64,000 nucleotides of DNA, from assembly GCA_047495785.1 (NCBI GenBank), contig JBLDXI010000002.1, positions 1,178,001-1,242,000 of the forward strand, in the 5' to 3' direction. The stretch is from Lepidodermella squamata. Its lineage: Eukaryota > Animalia > Gastrotricha. Positions 1 to 16,281 of the stretch are shown here, one piece after another. The position numbers and the translations under genes were made by a program. The notes under the pieces were generated by a model. That model was not told the origin of the DNA. It searched no databases and saw nothing but the letters and a program-made list of their open reading frames with translations. The stretch's first letter is position 1. Each line of letters begins with the position of its first letter.

Positions 1-3000
1 TGTGGATAGTGGTAATAATGACGATGATACCTAGGTGTACGGGGCGCGAGAGAGGCAACGTACGAATTTAATTGTAATAAAATGTTGACACAAAGCCATC
101 ATTATCATGTTCGGCGAGCGCGCGTCTCGTGCGCGCTATTTGTGTTGTTCCTGTTTGTTGTTGTCCTAAACACAGCATCACACTTCATCATCATCGTCTT
201 GTTCGCCGACGACGTATCTGCAGAGCTCGGCCCTAAACTGTATGTATATTTATAATCAAAAGTTTTGACGGCCTGACTCCTGTCGCGCGCGTGCGCGTGT
301 GCGCTCATCTTTTGCGCGCGCGCTTCGCGCACTTTTTGAATAATAAATACGCGCGCTTAATTATTCGCGTAAAAATTTGTATACTGCAACATATCTTGCG
401 TTCGACGCGTGTTGACACTGGGCGTTTTGACGGACAGCCCCAACGAAAGAAAGTTGATAAATAATAACAATAATTATTAATGTTAGCAAAACAATAAGCT
501 ACTACCGAAAAATTGCGCGCATGTATCTATCTGATAAATTTAACCGCGCAAAACTGCCGTAATAAACAAGGTTGAGGATTGGTCAATTTTTGCCGAAGCT
601 ACAACGCTGCGAACAATAGCTGCCTGGAGCGCTGGCGATGAACAAGAAGAAGGCGCGGATCAATGGCTACATAACAATAAAAACAACACGACAATTTGGA
701 TACAAAAAGAGAAGATGAGGAAGGCACACAACACAATACACGTGGCATTGATTAAGTTGCCGGCAACTATGAAAAAGGTGCAGTAAACAAACAAATAGCA
801 CACACGAGAAACACGATGAAACACACGTCAAGAGTCAGAAAAACGTTAATAAGTAGGTTGTTGTACGATATATACCTACCTATTCGTTTCCTACAACTAA
901 CACGGGTTAGCAATTTATTATATCGCCCAGTTATTATATAATAGCAATTTTTATAGCCCCCGCGCCCGGCATTAATGCGGAAGAATCAGGAAATAAAGAA
1001 CGAGCCCGGCACGCAACTGACATTTTTACAATCAGGCGTTATGTTAATGATATATTAATTTTCCGAGGAAATATCGCGGTAAATAGCAACATATTGCAAC
1101 TTTCGCAGCATATGTTTCGGCGATTTTTATCGCCGATGAAGTTTGAATTTAAATTGACTAGATAACAAGATAATCGAGGGCGGGGGTTATATTGTGTAGA
1201 GAAGGCTTATTGCGCGCGGCATTTCAATAAAGGTATGTTATTTAAATAATGATGACAAGTGGCAATTGAAAACAGAGAGGTTGGGGTGGATTCTTTTGAG
1301 CGGCTTGCGCAACCATCTGCCGCGCCGCGATTGAAGTCGCACCGCCGGCGTGTGAACGCGCGCTCTTCCTGCTTTCGCGATAGACACTCGTGTGGCCGGA
1401 GTAACAAAACAAAGTTTCGGGAGATACCGATTTCGCTGTATCTATCCGTCCAGGGTGCGAGAGCAGCTTTGAACGCGCCGCTAAATCAGGACGCGCCATC
1501 GCTTGTCAATCAACACCGGCGCGCGCTTCATATTTTGAAAGCAGAGGCGCTAAAATAGTTAGTGGCCATCAAAACAAAATGAATAAACAAAAAACAACAA
1601 TAAAACGTGATCGCATGAAATGAAAAATCCTCCTTAATTTTGTAACATGTGTTGGCATAAGTATTATTCAGGCAACTACGTGTAATTCAGGTGGATTACG
1701 CGTTTGGAATAAATAATGAAGGGGCGAGAGGCCTAAAATCATCTTTTCCGCCCGTCTGCGGTTTTGTAATAATGCGAAAATTTTGCAACAAAAATTAATA
1801 TGCGCGCGAGTTACGACGCCGCGTTTAGGGATAGGTAATCCACGCATCATTTCCGGCGTGTATCATTGACAACGAAGTAAATAATTTTCATCTCGATGAA
1901 CACACCCGTCGCATTGTCATAGAGACATTTCGAACTCGATGGATAGATAAATAAATAAAGCAGCGTCTGGGGCGCAAGAATTCTACAGGGAGGCGGATAC
2001 CTTAATTTTAGAGAGCCGCGACATGTATCATCAGAGGCTAATTTTCACCTAACGGCGGCGCGCGCGTTGCAATAAAGTGCGAAAGCGCGCGATTAAAAGT
2101 TGCCGGCGTTCGCCTCGCTGTCTCCAATTTATCGCAATTGGCAATAGGATATCGCGTGAATTATTATTTATAGGGCAAACACGCCCAGCTCTGTACCGGC
2201 TTCTTGTACCTGCGCGTGTTTAGACAACGCCGTGCACACCGGCGGCGTTCGATACAGAAATTGAGCCGAAAGTTCAAGAAGTGCGCAGATGTAAGCGAGC
2301 GGCGGGCTTCGTGATCGCGATATTACCTCGCGCAGGGCTGGTCACGTTTTTCAAGCTCGCTAACTCGCGATTCTAAGCAAAATTTAATTAACGTTAATGC
2401 GCCAAGTGCGCCACAGCGATACAGGATATGTTCGTACAAACAGTGGTCTCGAAGGTCAATGGTCCGAAATATTTATTATATTGTTGCAGCCGGCCATTAG
2501 CTCATCGACCAGCCATTTATAGGCTAGACGGAGACATTTTCAACTATGGGCTATTACGAAAAAGGGGGCAGATGCTTTTGGGCTGGTGAAACTCGAGCTT
2601 GACCCACTTCTCGCTCGGCTGAATGATGACGATATTATTTGTAATAATAATTATTATAACTGCTAATGAGTATTAAATGCTCAAAAGCACGTGGCCTGCT
2701 TCCGGATTTTAGGCATGCAAAACGGAAGGACGATTTGCATACATATATGAAATCGAAAAATATTTCCTACGCCAAAACTGACCGCAGCGGCTAATAATTT
2801 CGGCTATGATATATTTGCGTCTGGTGCCACCTGTCTAAGCAAACACGGTGTCTCTATTTTGCCGGGCGGTGGTGGTATATAAAATTTTGGTGTGTTGATC
2901 GTCTTGTCACGTTGCGTGCGTATCTAAACACGAGCGCGTCGGCGACCTTAAAATTGCACGGGTCATTTTCTCAAAAACCAAACACGCTTTGGTGTAAAAA

Positions 3001-5444
3001 GCTGAAATAACAATTTTCCCATCGTACGTGCGCGCGATTTCTGTCGAAATAACAACAACACGTGCCTAGATTAGGCCTACCTCCCTCGACTCGTTACGAT
3101 AACGAATGAAATCACACGTATCGCCTATATCCATGTCTCATAAACATAAAGCTGTTTGTCTTTCCCGGTGTATAATACCTACAAGAAATTGAGGCGGATG
3201 TGTGGTGTGGCTATAAAATTGAATTAAGGGCGCGTTAATTTAGCGCACGCGCTTTGAACAACACCGCGCGCCTCTGCGTGACTTGCGGCTTGAGTCGTGT
3301 TGTCAAACCGTCACCGGGCGCACCGTTGGTGTCCAAACTTGTTTTGACACACCCTCACGATTATTGCACGTGGGTGTATCGATGGCATGGGCCGCCGATC
3401 GTTACAGCGATGAGCGGCGAGTTATTGGCCCTCAAAGAAGCTGTTATAGCACGGTCGTGAAGTCAAAATGTTCAAGTGTTCGAAATCGATAGCGAAAATA
3501 TGCTAATTTTGAAGCGATGACGCAACAAGTCGGAAAAATATTCGTAAATAGAAAATAAATAGATCCAGAACTTTTCAATATTCAAAATATTTGAAGTAAA
3601 TTTTCATTCAAAAAACAGAAATTTGCTTTTTAATTCCTGCAACTTGAATTTTTTTTTTAAAAAATCCAGAAAATTGCGCGAATAATTCCGAACAGTCCAA
3701 GCTTTAATTCAGTTATTTTGCCTATCAAATTGGAAAAAATTGAAGAATTTGCGAAAAATAGGAATTCGAAATTATTTAGAAGAACAGGGCAAATTGCTGG
3801 AAATTTCAAAATTCAAGGCGAAAATGAGAAAAGATGCACTTGCTTCTATTGACGTGGGATCGAATAATTTCAACTTGATAATCTTGAAATAGGGAAAAGC
3901 GTAAACAGTGATTATAGTTTCGAAAGGAGAAAAAAAACGATAAATATAAGTGTTGATCGGGTGCTGTGGGATATCATTGTTGAGGCGTTATCAAATTACC
4001 GCGTCAAATCATCCTTGCGGTTGGGTTAAATTGATATCCAGCCGCAGCACTTGTAAAAAATAATAACCATCAATATAGCGGCAAATAATCCGCAACTTGA
4101 GAATAAAACTATAAGTAAGTAGTTTTGACAGCTTCTATCGGCCAATATATTTTTCTCGCTCGTCCTACAAGGTGCTGCGGCGACGACGAAAAATTTTTGC
4201 GTTGCCACGGCGAAAATGTCGATAATGGTGTAAGTAGTCTGGTCGCGTTAAGAAATTGAGCTGAAAACCGTATATCACTGGCGGCCATCGTTAAAAGCCT
4301 GAGAGATGATAGCTGACGGTTTTAATGCACTGTCTGGCGGGTGATAATGGAGTATAGGCCGGTAGTCGGAAATAATAATAATAATAAAGTTAAAAATTGT
4401 CCAGTCAACATTTGCGACAATTTGACGCATGGTGTTCTAATAGAGATGCAGATAGTTATATTGAATTAAGAGGATTTTATTGTGTATACTACGTTACCTC
4501 ATTATTCACTCGACGGTAAAAGTCACAGCGTCGGCCGCCAAAACCTATTCCTTGACAACAGGCAAGTAACAACTTGAGGTAATATTCTAACAAGATTACT
4601 TATTTGTTGGTGGTACCTTTCTTAGTGGTGCCGACACAGCGGCAAACGATGACGACGGCTTGTCAGATCGTATAAACAATATTAGCCAATAGGCTACTTC
4701 ATAATATTGTATAGGCACTACCTATACGCATAATAAAACAAATGAAACAAGACAAGCGCTTGGCTCTGGTCAACATTTTGGCGGCGCGCGCAGAGGGGAT
4801 GGAAGAAAATTGCTTCTGTTATTGTTTTTATTATTGCAACCAAGTGCGATGTGCCCAGCTGTGTGTCTTCAAGTGTGCCGACTACTTGATACATAAGGAC
4901 ATTTCGCTACTAGAGACTACCTTGTTGCATGGGGCATCATCATCTGAGCGCCAAACAAAGTTTCGCTTCAGACACTCTGCGATATAGTAGTAAGGTAGTG
5001 GTACACTAAATAACGCGAATATAATGTGACGTTTGTTATTGTTGCTACTTTGTTGGTTCAAGTGCCGATGTCAAACATCAGGCGTGGTATTACATGTGCG
5101 CCAAAACTTCTTTCTTTTTGCGCGCTGCTATATAGGTAAGTATTTTTAAGGCGGATCCTGCGCGGTGATATACACGCGGAAGGCGACGCTCAAGTAATGT
5201 ACAGGTGGATGATGCCACTCGGATCACGATCATAACACCGCCTAACGCTTGCTGGATGGATGTGCTGAAAACAAGCGACCCTCAGACACGTGGGATAAAT
5301 ATTTTCGCCGCTATATATCGCACAACAAAAAACTTCAACGAATTAAACAAAAGATTTAATATTTTAAGAAATTAATTTTAGATTCTGAAAATTGAAAATA
5401 TTTAGCGAAGATTATTGAATAAATTTGGGTTTGTCCTAAATTTT

Positions 5445-5838
5445 GGTTTCCAGCTCTAAAGTTGAGACTCCAGAACTAGATCAATTTTTTGTTATCATGC
5501 CTAACAAATATAATATCTTCATATTACGCGTATTTTGCGCTATGAGCGGTCTGTTTATGAGTTATACTTCAGCCTGAAGAGCCATTATCGATTCCAAGTA
5601 TCGATTTTACAAATCAGTGATTTTTCCGATATCAGCCGCCTTGGAACCCAACATCAATAGTTTTTCTACGTAGCTTAGGGCGCCAGGTAGCTAAAACAAA
5701 AATCCTAGGTTCAGGGGGGCATCAGGATCCATAAATAAATGGAAACGCCGAATTTCAAAGAGTGCGACCAAATTTAGTGCCAGGGTGCTTAAATGTAGAG
5801 CTGGAACCTCATTTTTAGCGGTGCAAATATTTGGAGCC
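5445..5838 (+). mobile_element. Dispersed repeat family A, copy 1 (non-autonomous element with subterminal inverted repeats)
   Basis: Shares the core atcgattccaagtatcgattttacaaatcagtgatttttccgata..ggaacccaacatc..acgtagcttaggg with 11010-11440 and (reverse) 17620-18000. Confidence 0.8.
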
Positions 5839-8536
5839 AATAAACGTTGCGAGTAAATTCCGAAGATAGGTTAATATTTCAAAGGCCGAAAATCCGAAAA
5901 ATTAAGTAAAATAAGCGAATTTAGGAAATCTAGGAAATTGCAACGACGCGAGTGAAAAATTTGAAGAGAAATATTGAGAGAATAATGAAAAATGTCTTGT
6001 TTCTCTATAATCCTCCTTAATTCAATAAGATAAAAGGAGGAAAGGAATAAACTAGAATAATTTTATATTGAGTAAGTATATAAACAATAGGAACTATAAG
6101 GAGGCTTTGGGCGGAATCAAAGATCTAGGCAATTGACGCGGCTGGGCAAGCCTTGAGAAAAACGCGCGGATTAAATTAACAAGCGCAACCCGGTGTTATT
6201 AGCGTGAAAGGTAAACCAGAAGCATGAGTATACATATCGCAGAGATGAGGCATGAGGGACGCTTTCGTTCGATCAGCTGCGGGCTAGGTTATAATTAGAC
6301 GCGAGAAGACGCTGCTGAACGCGAACGAATATAATAATTATATCGGACGGAATATTCGCCAATATCTATAATTATAATCAAATTTTGACTGGTGATGTCG
6401 CCGTCTCAACCGGCAAAAATATCGCTCGCTCGCGCGCGCCCGCATGAAATGTGAGGAATTCGGCTGTGATAGCTGATTGTATATGGCTCGCATGTTCAGG
6501 TACAGATGTTAATTGATGTTTGGGCGTGCGCGGCCTCGCGTCAACCCGAGTGCCGAACGTGACAAATCAGACGCGCCGGGAATAAGGCGTCTGGCCTGGA
6601 ATCTTAGTATTGCTTACTCTTACACAGGTATAAGGAGGTGTTAAGATAACAACGTATCGCCTAACGTCTGAGAGCTTGGATCCATTATGGCGTCGCGTAG
6701 GTATTATTTACTAATTTTATTCGCCTTAAATTAATCTAAAATAATTATTAAAAAATCTGGAAAAAAATAATTGGCTCATAAATCGTCACAACGGCTGGTA
6801 TTTACAACTCGCACAACCGGTGTGTCGCATTAAGGTATGCCAACAGGAAATGTTATATTATAGGGTGGCTAACATAAAAATGCCATAAGGAGATTGACAG
6901 ATGACTATAGGTTGTATACCTATCGCGCAACATTTTTGACACCCCACATGCTCGATTGCGCAATATTGGGAGCCAATTTGCTACTACGGCGATATGTAGC
7001 AAATTACTTTACACTGCTATATGATACCTTTTCACAGTTATTTGTCAAATAAATTTTTTATTACTTCTACGCGAAATATTTTCATATTTTTGCACGAAAT
7101 TTTTCATAAAGTCACGAAATAAAGAGTCACACACTCTTGTTATAATATACGGCAGAAAAAAATAATATAACTTAGGTGCAAAATTAAATTATTTAACTAA
7201 AAATTTTATGACACGTGTAAACAAGATCAGTATTAGGTGATTTGGGAAATCAGCCAAAAAAGCTGGATTTGATTAAGTGAAAATATTATTACATGAGACT
7301 ATGATATCATGCGCACAATTTGATAAACAACTGCTCTGTCAACATATCACTAGAGAGCAAAAAAGATGATGGCATTGTTTTTCGTGGCCATAAATACAAA
7401 ACAAAGCCGTTGTCATATATTTTGGCTGCGGATTTTCGCGCGATATTGGACTGGTTATAGTTTATTAACGGGATAACAATCGATGCTGTTGCGCGAGAAA
7501 CGCAAAAAACCGATCCGGGCCCTAATATATCGGAACAAAAAAAATATATTAGGTTCTTCCCGTCTCAGTGTGATGTGACCCGTGTCAGTATAATTTCTCA
7601 ATATTATTATATCTCACGCCTTTTCGGTCATATATATGTCTATCAAACATCAATATATCCAGAATAAACAATGTTTTAATATATTTTTAGCCCATGGCGG
7701 TCGCTGCTGCAAATAATGCTGATAATAATAAAAAACAACAATTAAAAAAGCTGGAAACCAAATATACAATAATGATTCTTCGGCATCTGTCCGTCGGCTA
7801 TCTCATAAATAAAGCAATATTGCTAGTCCATTTTTTTCCACCACCAGCAGCTCTGGTGCACGGCATCTTGAATTCAAGTTTTGTCACGGTTCGGAAATTT
7901 CAACGACACAACAGGTAAATATTGACGAGAAAAATTGTCCTGGAAAAATTAGTTTTTCTTCTGGATCTCGAGTATGCCAGTTGCAGTCTAGACGAACGAG
8001 GAAATTATGAAAAAAAAATCAGATGTTTTATTTAATGCACGGTCAGGTGGGTGAATAAAAACGTAACGGATGGCGTTATTTTGTTCATTATTAGCGCGTG
8101 GATGGAGTTACTTATCGTTTTATTACCCTGCCGATGGAAATTAAATAAAACCTGGTGATATAAAATGTGGTCGTATTTTTTTTTTGTATTTAAAAGTTGT
8201 CTGCAGCAGTCTCGCTGCGATTATTATTCGAAACGTCGCCATACAGGAAATTGAAAAAGATTCCGAGAGAGCTAACCTTTCAATCGACGCACCTGTCATT
8301 AGTTTTCCCCGCATGCCCGGGCTCCCTAACGGCCACCACCGCGTTCGATATCCGACTATAAAAGTGAAAAATATTTCTCGCCTTCAACACCTAGAAATCG
8401 CTCGGTTTCTTTGTTATTTTCTCTCTTTCCCGCTCCACATCCGGGTCGAAAGTGGCTATAATAAACTGCCGTCTCTATTCAGGCTAGAAATTAGGACTGA
8501 TTTTTCAAGTTTTTTTTGTCGCGAAAAACCATCATC

Positions 8537-10721
<2,185 letters not shown>

Positions 10722-10982
10722 TGAGCGATATTATAATAATTTTTAGCGGAATATTAGTATATATTTTTCCATAATATAGCGCACAATAATTTTTCGTCTA
10801 GTTCCAAAAAATCCGTGATCATTTGCGAACTTTTTGTTGCCGAACTATCTGTTCACTTAGGCTTAAACTTTTAGTCACCTTGTGAACATTTTCTTTAGAG
10901 TACCTATATGGATTCAAGTAAATAGCGGAGTATGGTTGATTTTTGTTTTTTATTACGGTTCGTTCTAACGTTTTATTTGGGT

Positions 10983-11439
10983 GTGCCAAGTGCGCACCCT
11001 ATATTTAAGGTTCCAGAACTAAATTTGAGACTCCAGCACTAGATTTCCACAAATATGTTTTTTCGAATTTCATGTCTTACCTGGAATCTCAAATTTCTTG
11101 GTATCATGCCTACCCGGTAGATCTTCATATTACGCGTATTTTGGGCTATCAGCGGTCAGTTAAACGAGTTAAACTTCAGCCGGAAGAGCCGATATCGATT
11201 CCAAGTATCGATTTTACAAATCAGTGATTTTTCCGATAACAGCCGTCTTGGAACCCAACATCGATAATTTTTCCACGTAGCTTAGGGCATCAGGTAGCTA
11301 AAATAAAAATCCTAGGTTTAGGGAGGGCATCAGTATCGAACGAAAACGCCGAAATCGCAATGAATCCGAAAAATGTACTGTCAGGAAGCTGAAATTTAGT
11401 GCTGGAACCTCATTTTTAGCTTTGCACATATTTGGGCCC
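10983..11439 (+). mobile_element. Repeat family A, copy 2
   Basis: Collinear with copy 1; ggttccagaactaaattt ... aaatttagtgctggaacc inverted subterminal repeats. Confidence 0.8.
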
Positions 11440-11647
11440 GTTTTATTTTGAGCATTTCGAATTTATTATTTCATTTAAAAGAAAGAAATTATTTAATTAC
11501 AAAGTATGAAATTTATCTAGATTTTCTAGACATCAAGAAAATGGATAAAACTAAATAATCTGAGAAAGAGTTTTCAACTTTGTTAAAACTGAGAATAGGC
11601 GAAGAGCACCGGCTTTTATACACGCATATATAATCGAAAAAATCACA

Positions 11648-12411
11648 TCACTGTTGCCGTTCTTTACAGAGATGGGTAACAAGGAAGTATAAAGCAACAC
11701 CTATGACACATACTCCAAATAGGCTGGATACAATGATCAGCGCCACTTCCCACTCGGTGGGCGAATCGAAGCCATAAAACGTTGTATCATCATCGGCAGG
11801 GCCTGAATAATCGTCATTGATGATCGAATCTGAATTCCCGGTGTAACTTGTTGGCCGTATGACAATACTGAAATCGACCCTCATTCTATTGGGATTTCGA
11901 AATTCGAGACGCAGCAAATGTGATGGAATTAAACTGGCATCAATCTTGGGCGGGATTCTCATCTAAAAAATTTTTTTTTTAAATAATCCACCTTAAAATT
12001 TCGAAATTACCTTCATATTTACAACCCAAATTTTTCTCCAATGTTCCCAGCTGTGAAATCTCGTATACATGGTAAAACTGGCCTGAAATACAGCAAAATT
12101 AAAGGATTTTAATTTTTAAAATTTTTTGTTACTGTAGGATCGTCAGCCGACCATCGTTCGAGCCAGTCGATCTCAATAGGTTCAGCAGCCGCAAAGTACA
12201 AATTACACAAATGCATAGCTGTAATACCGTGAGCTGATAGGTGAACTATGTTGTTAAGGTCCAAATGCCGCTCTTGGACGGGATAAAAATTATTCGCCTC
12301 CGTCGACGAGCACCACCAGTTACTCTGCGAAATATCGTTGTCCCAGGCATAGGGGACAGTGCATGAGCAATATTGAGGTAGTAGTACCAATAAAATCACA
12401 CTTAACCGCAT
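11648..12411 (-). CDS. Uncharacterised type I single-pass membrane protein (~221 aa), exons 12411-12133, 12082-12011, 11962-11648
   Basis: Signal peptide MRLSVILLVLLPQYCSC. Three phase-0 exons join by short GT-AG introns without stops. C-terminal TM helix WEVALIIVSSLFGVCVIGVALYFLV with a short tail. No family recognised. Confidence 0.7.
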
Positions 12412-13593
12412 TTTATCTAAATAAAATTTGTTGGCTCGTTTTAAGTGATAGTTATCTCTTTAGATACGACACGTTTGAAACAATGGTAGCACGCGAATAT
12501 ACTATGTTTTTCCCAACCTATTTCAGGTAAAAAAGTGCGCACTGAGAATTACAAGTCGAGTTGTTTAATCGCGACACCAGCAGTTAATGTATATAAGGGC
12601 AGTCCACGCTTGGTTTATAAGCTGAAAACCCGCATTTCTATTGAATGAAATATGTTATGCGGTGCGTTATATTAAAGCTTTTTGACGTCGGGTTTTTGTA
12701 TATTACAGCATGTGCGCGTAAAAAGTGCGCGTAAACACGCGCGCTAAATTAACTCTATATGCGCCGAGTAATAATTCCGCGCGCAACCCCGCCCCGAATA
12801 GAAAGCTTTGAAGTGCACCACCCAAAATACACGGCCATATACATCCATAATAGCCAATGGTCATAGCTAAAGTGGACACGGAAATGGGTTTTACGGCAGC
12901 AGAAAAATCAGAACAAAAATGGAATCCATTAAGTGAATACGCAGATCAGGATGCGGAAGCGGCAGAAAATTGCATATAGAGCTAAATTGTTATATTATTA
13001 AATATTCGAATTTAATTGATTGGTTTTATGCCGAGGCGTCGCAGCACTATGCATTTACCCAAATAATGTGAACCAAAAAGTTGCGTGCGATGGAAATTAT
13101 TCATACCCGCAGCAGTGGTCATCTCACGGAAAAAGTATGCACTCGATGCGTAAAAAAACATGCAGAAATTTTGTCATTTTTACGTACACCTTTTATACAG
13201 GAAAAAAGCTGGAAAATGAATGACATTTTCTATATCATCTCAAAATATTTTTTTATCGATATACACAGGATTTTCAGCTCATCTCTGCAGAATTATGCAA
13301 ATTCCTTATATCGAATCCGCTTTTACAATGAGAATTATTATTATGTGAACTTGTCAAGCGTGACCACGGCTTCACTGAAATAAAATCTCAAAAAATAGTA
13401 ATTATTCTGAAAAGGTTAACACGATTTGAGCCGCAAACACACCTACATAAACGGCAATGCAATCCTCTGATGTCGCGAGATGTAATTTAAAAGCCAAGCC
13501 TGCCGACGCGCTTGGTCGCATCCCACTCAGTTACGACAGTCATTATTTAATTCTTCCCCGAGTAATTTTTCGGAATACTTTCCCGAGTAAAAC

Positions 13594-14954
13594 ATGTCTG
13601 CTGCGGCTAAAGTTGCCTTCGTGACAGGTATCAACGGCCAGGATGGCTCGTATCTAGCCGAATTATTGCTCAGCAAGGGCTATATTGTTCATGGGACCTT
13701 ACGCCGTGCGAGTTACTTCAACACAGCCCGAATTTCTCACCTTGCTCAAAACCCGCACGCTCATACCGGTTCGCAGCTGCATCTGCACTATGCTGATTTG
13801 ACGGACAGCGTTTCACTGATTCGTTTGATTTGCGATATCAAGCCCGATGAGGTCTACAATTTAGCCGCGCAGAGCCATGTTAAAGTTTCGTTCGAAGTCC
13901 CGGAGTATACGGTTGATACAGACGCTGTAGGCACCCTGCGAATGCTCGAAGCTATTCGAATTGCCGGTATTGAGAAAAAATGCCGCTTCTACCAGGCGTC
14001 AACCAGCGAGCTGTACGGTTTGGTTCAGGAGAAACCGCAAAGGGAGACTACCCCGTTCTACCCGCGATCACCCTACGGATGCGCGAAGCTGTACGGCTTC
14101 TGGATTACAAAGCACTATCGAGAGGCTTACAATATGTTTGCTGTTAATGGAATTTTATTCAATCACGAATCGCCTAGACGTGGCGAAAATTTCGTTACGA
14201 GGAAAGTCACCCGATCAGTCGCAAAGATCGCTTTAGGACTTCAGGTGAGAATTTCTTTTAAATTATGTTGGTGAATATTTTAATTTTTTCAAATTTTAAT
14301 TTTGAAACTTTTGAATGACATTTTTTGATTAAATGTTTGAACAAAATATTTTATAAAATTTTTCAATTTTCCAATTTTTTGAAACCTCGCAAAATTATTG
14401 AAAATTCAAGTTTTATTCCTAATTTTTTAAATTTCAATTTTTTAATTAATTGATTTTTAATTTGATTTAATTTTAATTTTTTCAAATTTTTCATGTCTCA
14501 TTTTTCACTTGTTTAATTTTTTCAATTTTTTTTTCAGGATTCTCTGGAACTTGGAAATCTCGACGCTATGCGCGACTGGGGTCATGCCCGCGATTACGTC
14601 GAGGCAATGTGGGCCATGTTGAACAAAACCGACGACCCGGAGGATTTTGTCATCGCAACGGGCGAAACTCATTCTGTGCGCGAATTCACCAGCGCGGCTT
14701 TCGCGCGAGTCGGCATTACAATCGAATGGCGCGGCTCGGGCGTGAACGAAATCGGCGTTGACGCTAAAACAGGCGTGACGCGCGTCAGAGTGAGCCCACG
14801 CTTCTTCCGCCCAGCCGAGGTCGACTTCCTGCTCGGCGATGCGACCAAGGCGAAAAATATCTTAGGATGGACGCCGAAAATTACCTTCAAAGCGCTTGTG
14901 GAGGACATGATCGATGCTGATGTTGCGCTTATGAAATCGAACCCGGATGCGTGA
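13594..14954 (+). CDS. GMDS: GDP-mannose 4,6-dehydratase, exons 13594-14244 and 14538-14954
   Basis: Motifs [76 protein letters not shown] and [12 protein letters not shown]; one phase-0 GT-AG intron. Confidence 0.97.
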
Positions 14955-15076
14955 CGGGATGCTATTATATCATAGCAATATCACGAAAAAACTTCATATA
15001 TAGTTCGAAAGTTTTGATTAACAATACAGGCTGGGGATGTAGTTAATAAAAATCGCTCTGGATAAAAATTTATTGA

Positions 15077-15829
15077 TCAATATAAAGAAATTGACACAAA
15101 AATGATAGACAACACATTCCAGCTGCATAGGCGATTACATTGATTCGGCACCCCCAGATCAAGCGCTTTCGAGCGAGTAAGCTTTGTTGGATTGTCTTTA
15201 AAAACAGGCTTAATCGTCACTCTTTCAATGACGGGCCTCGTTGTCTTGACTGTTTTCATCACTTTCGTGCTCGATTTCGGCCTTTTCGTTGTTGTAAACG
15301 GTGTTCCGCGGCTTGGCGTGGCAGATACCGTCCGGTGAATCGATTGGTCATGCATCATTTCTTCAGCCAAAGCGTTAAGATCTCGCATGATTTCCTTCTC
15401 CTGCGCCTGGGCTTTGTACTTGTCGACCCATAGGTAAAAGCTGGTAGGTTTCGCGCATAATAATTGAGAATTTACGCCCTCGGGGCACCAGCGTTTGCCA
15501 GCCTTGACTTTTTCGGTGATTTTAGACGATAAATTCAAAATTTTCTGATGGATTGAAGTAGACTGGGCAGCTTCATCGCTATGGTCGTGGTGGTCAGGAG
15601 ACGCAGCTGGGGTTTCGTAGCTGTTTAGTTCCGCTGAACTAGCCGAAATAAATTCAGGATCCGGCGATTTAGCTCCAGAATCTGAAATCGATTTGAAGTA
15701 TTCGACTTTGCTGAACCTTTTGACCGAAGATTCAGCCAATACAATGCCACCTTTCGCAATAATCACCGTCAGTAGGCCAAATACTATAAGAAAGGTTCGA
15801 TGTCGATGAACATTTAGAAAAGGTATCAT
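15077..15829 (-). CDS. Uncharacterised secreted/possibly GPI-anchored protein (250 aa)
   Basis: N-terminal hydrophobic segment, Thr/Lys-rich stalk and C-terminal hydrophobic tail (WNVLSIIFVSISLY); single ORF, convergent with GMDS. Confidence 0.6.
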   Translation of the reverse strand: MIPFLNVHRHRTFLIVFGLLTVIIAKGGIVLAESSVKRFSKVEYFKSISDSGAKSPDPEFISASSAELNSYETPAASPDHHDHSDEAAQSTSIHQKILNLSSKITEKVKAGKRWCPEGVNSQLLCAKPTSFYLWVDKYKAQAQEKEIMRDLNALAEEMMHDQSIHRTVSATPSRGTPFTTTKRPKSSTKVMKTVKTTRPVIERVTIKPVFKDNPTKLTRSKALDLGVPNQCNRLCSWNVLSIIFVSISLY

Positions 15830-16281
15830 CCTTCAACTAAAAAGCCTTTGCGAATTTTTGTACATTGAAGAAGCGCGTTATTAGCTGTGAGTTCGAAATG
15901 CGGAAGAGTTTAAATTAATCGCCGCTTGTCACATTATTGATTCTTATTCATGTTGACAGGTTATCTCAAAATTGCCGGAATCTCTTAGTCATTTTTACGC
16001 AGCCCTCCATATCCTTCCCTAAACTCACGCACAGAATTAAACGCTGTTCTTGATTAGCGATAAAATTAACCTGAAAACAAACATGGGCCCAAAAAGAGCC
16101 GGTAAATTCAATTAGTTCAGGCATGATTTTTGAATATTTAGGAAGTGCGATGTTATTTTCCACTCAATTTCAACAGCAGATGACAAAGGCTTGTTCAGGA
16201 TGAGAGTAAGACAGGATTGGTCTTTAGCCAGTCTCAAGGGCCACTGCAAAATAAAGACAAAGTAAATTACGGTTCATTATA

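Noticed and set aside
105-7918. Short ORFs in the first 8 kb and in 33974-34654
   Set aside because: Low-complexity translations without homology or splice support; the latter lie in the probable LMO7 3' UTR.
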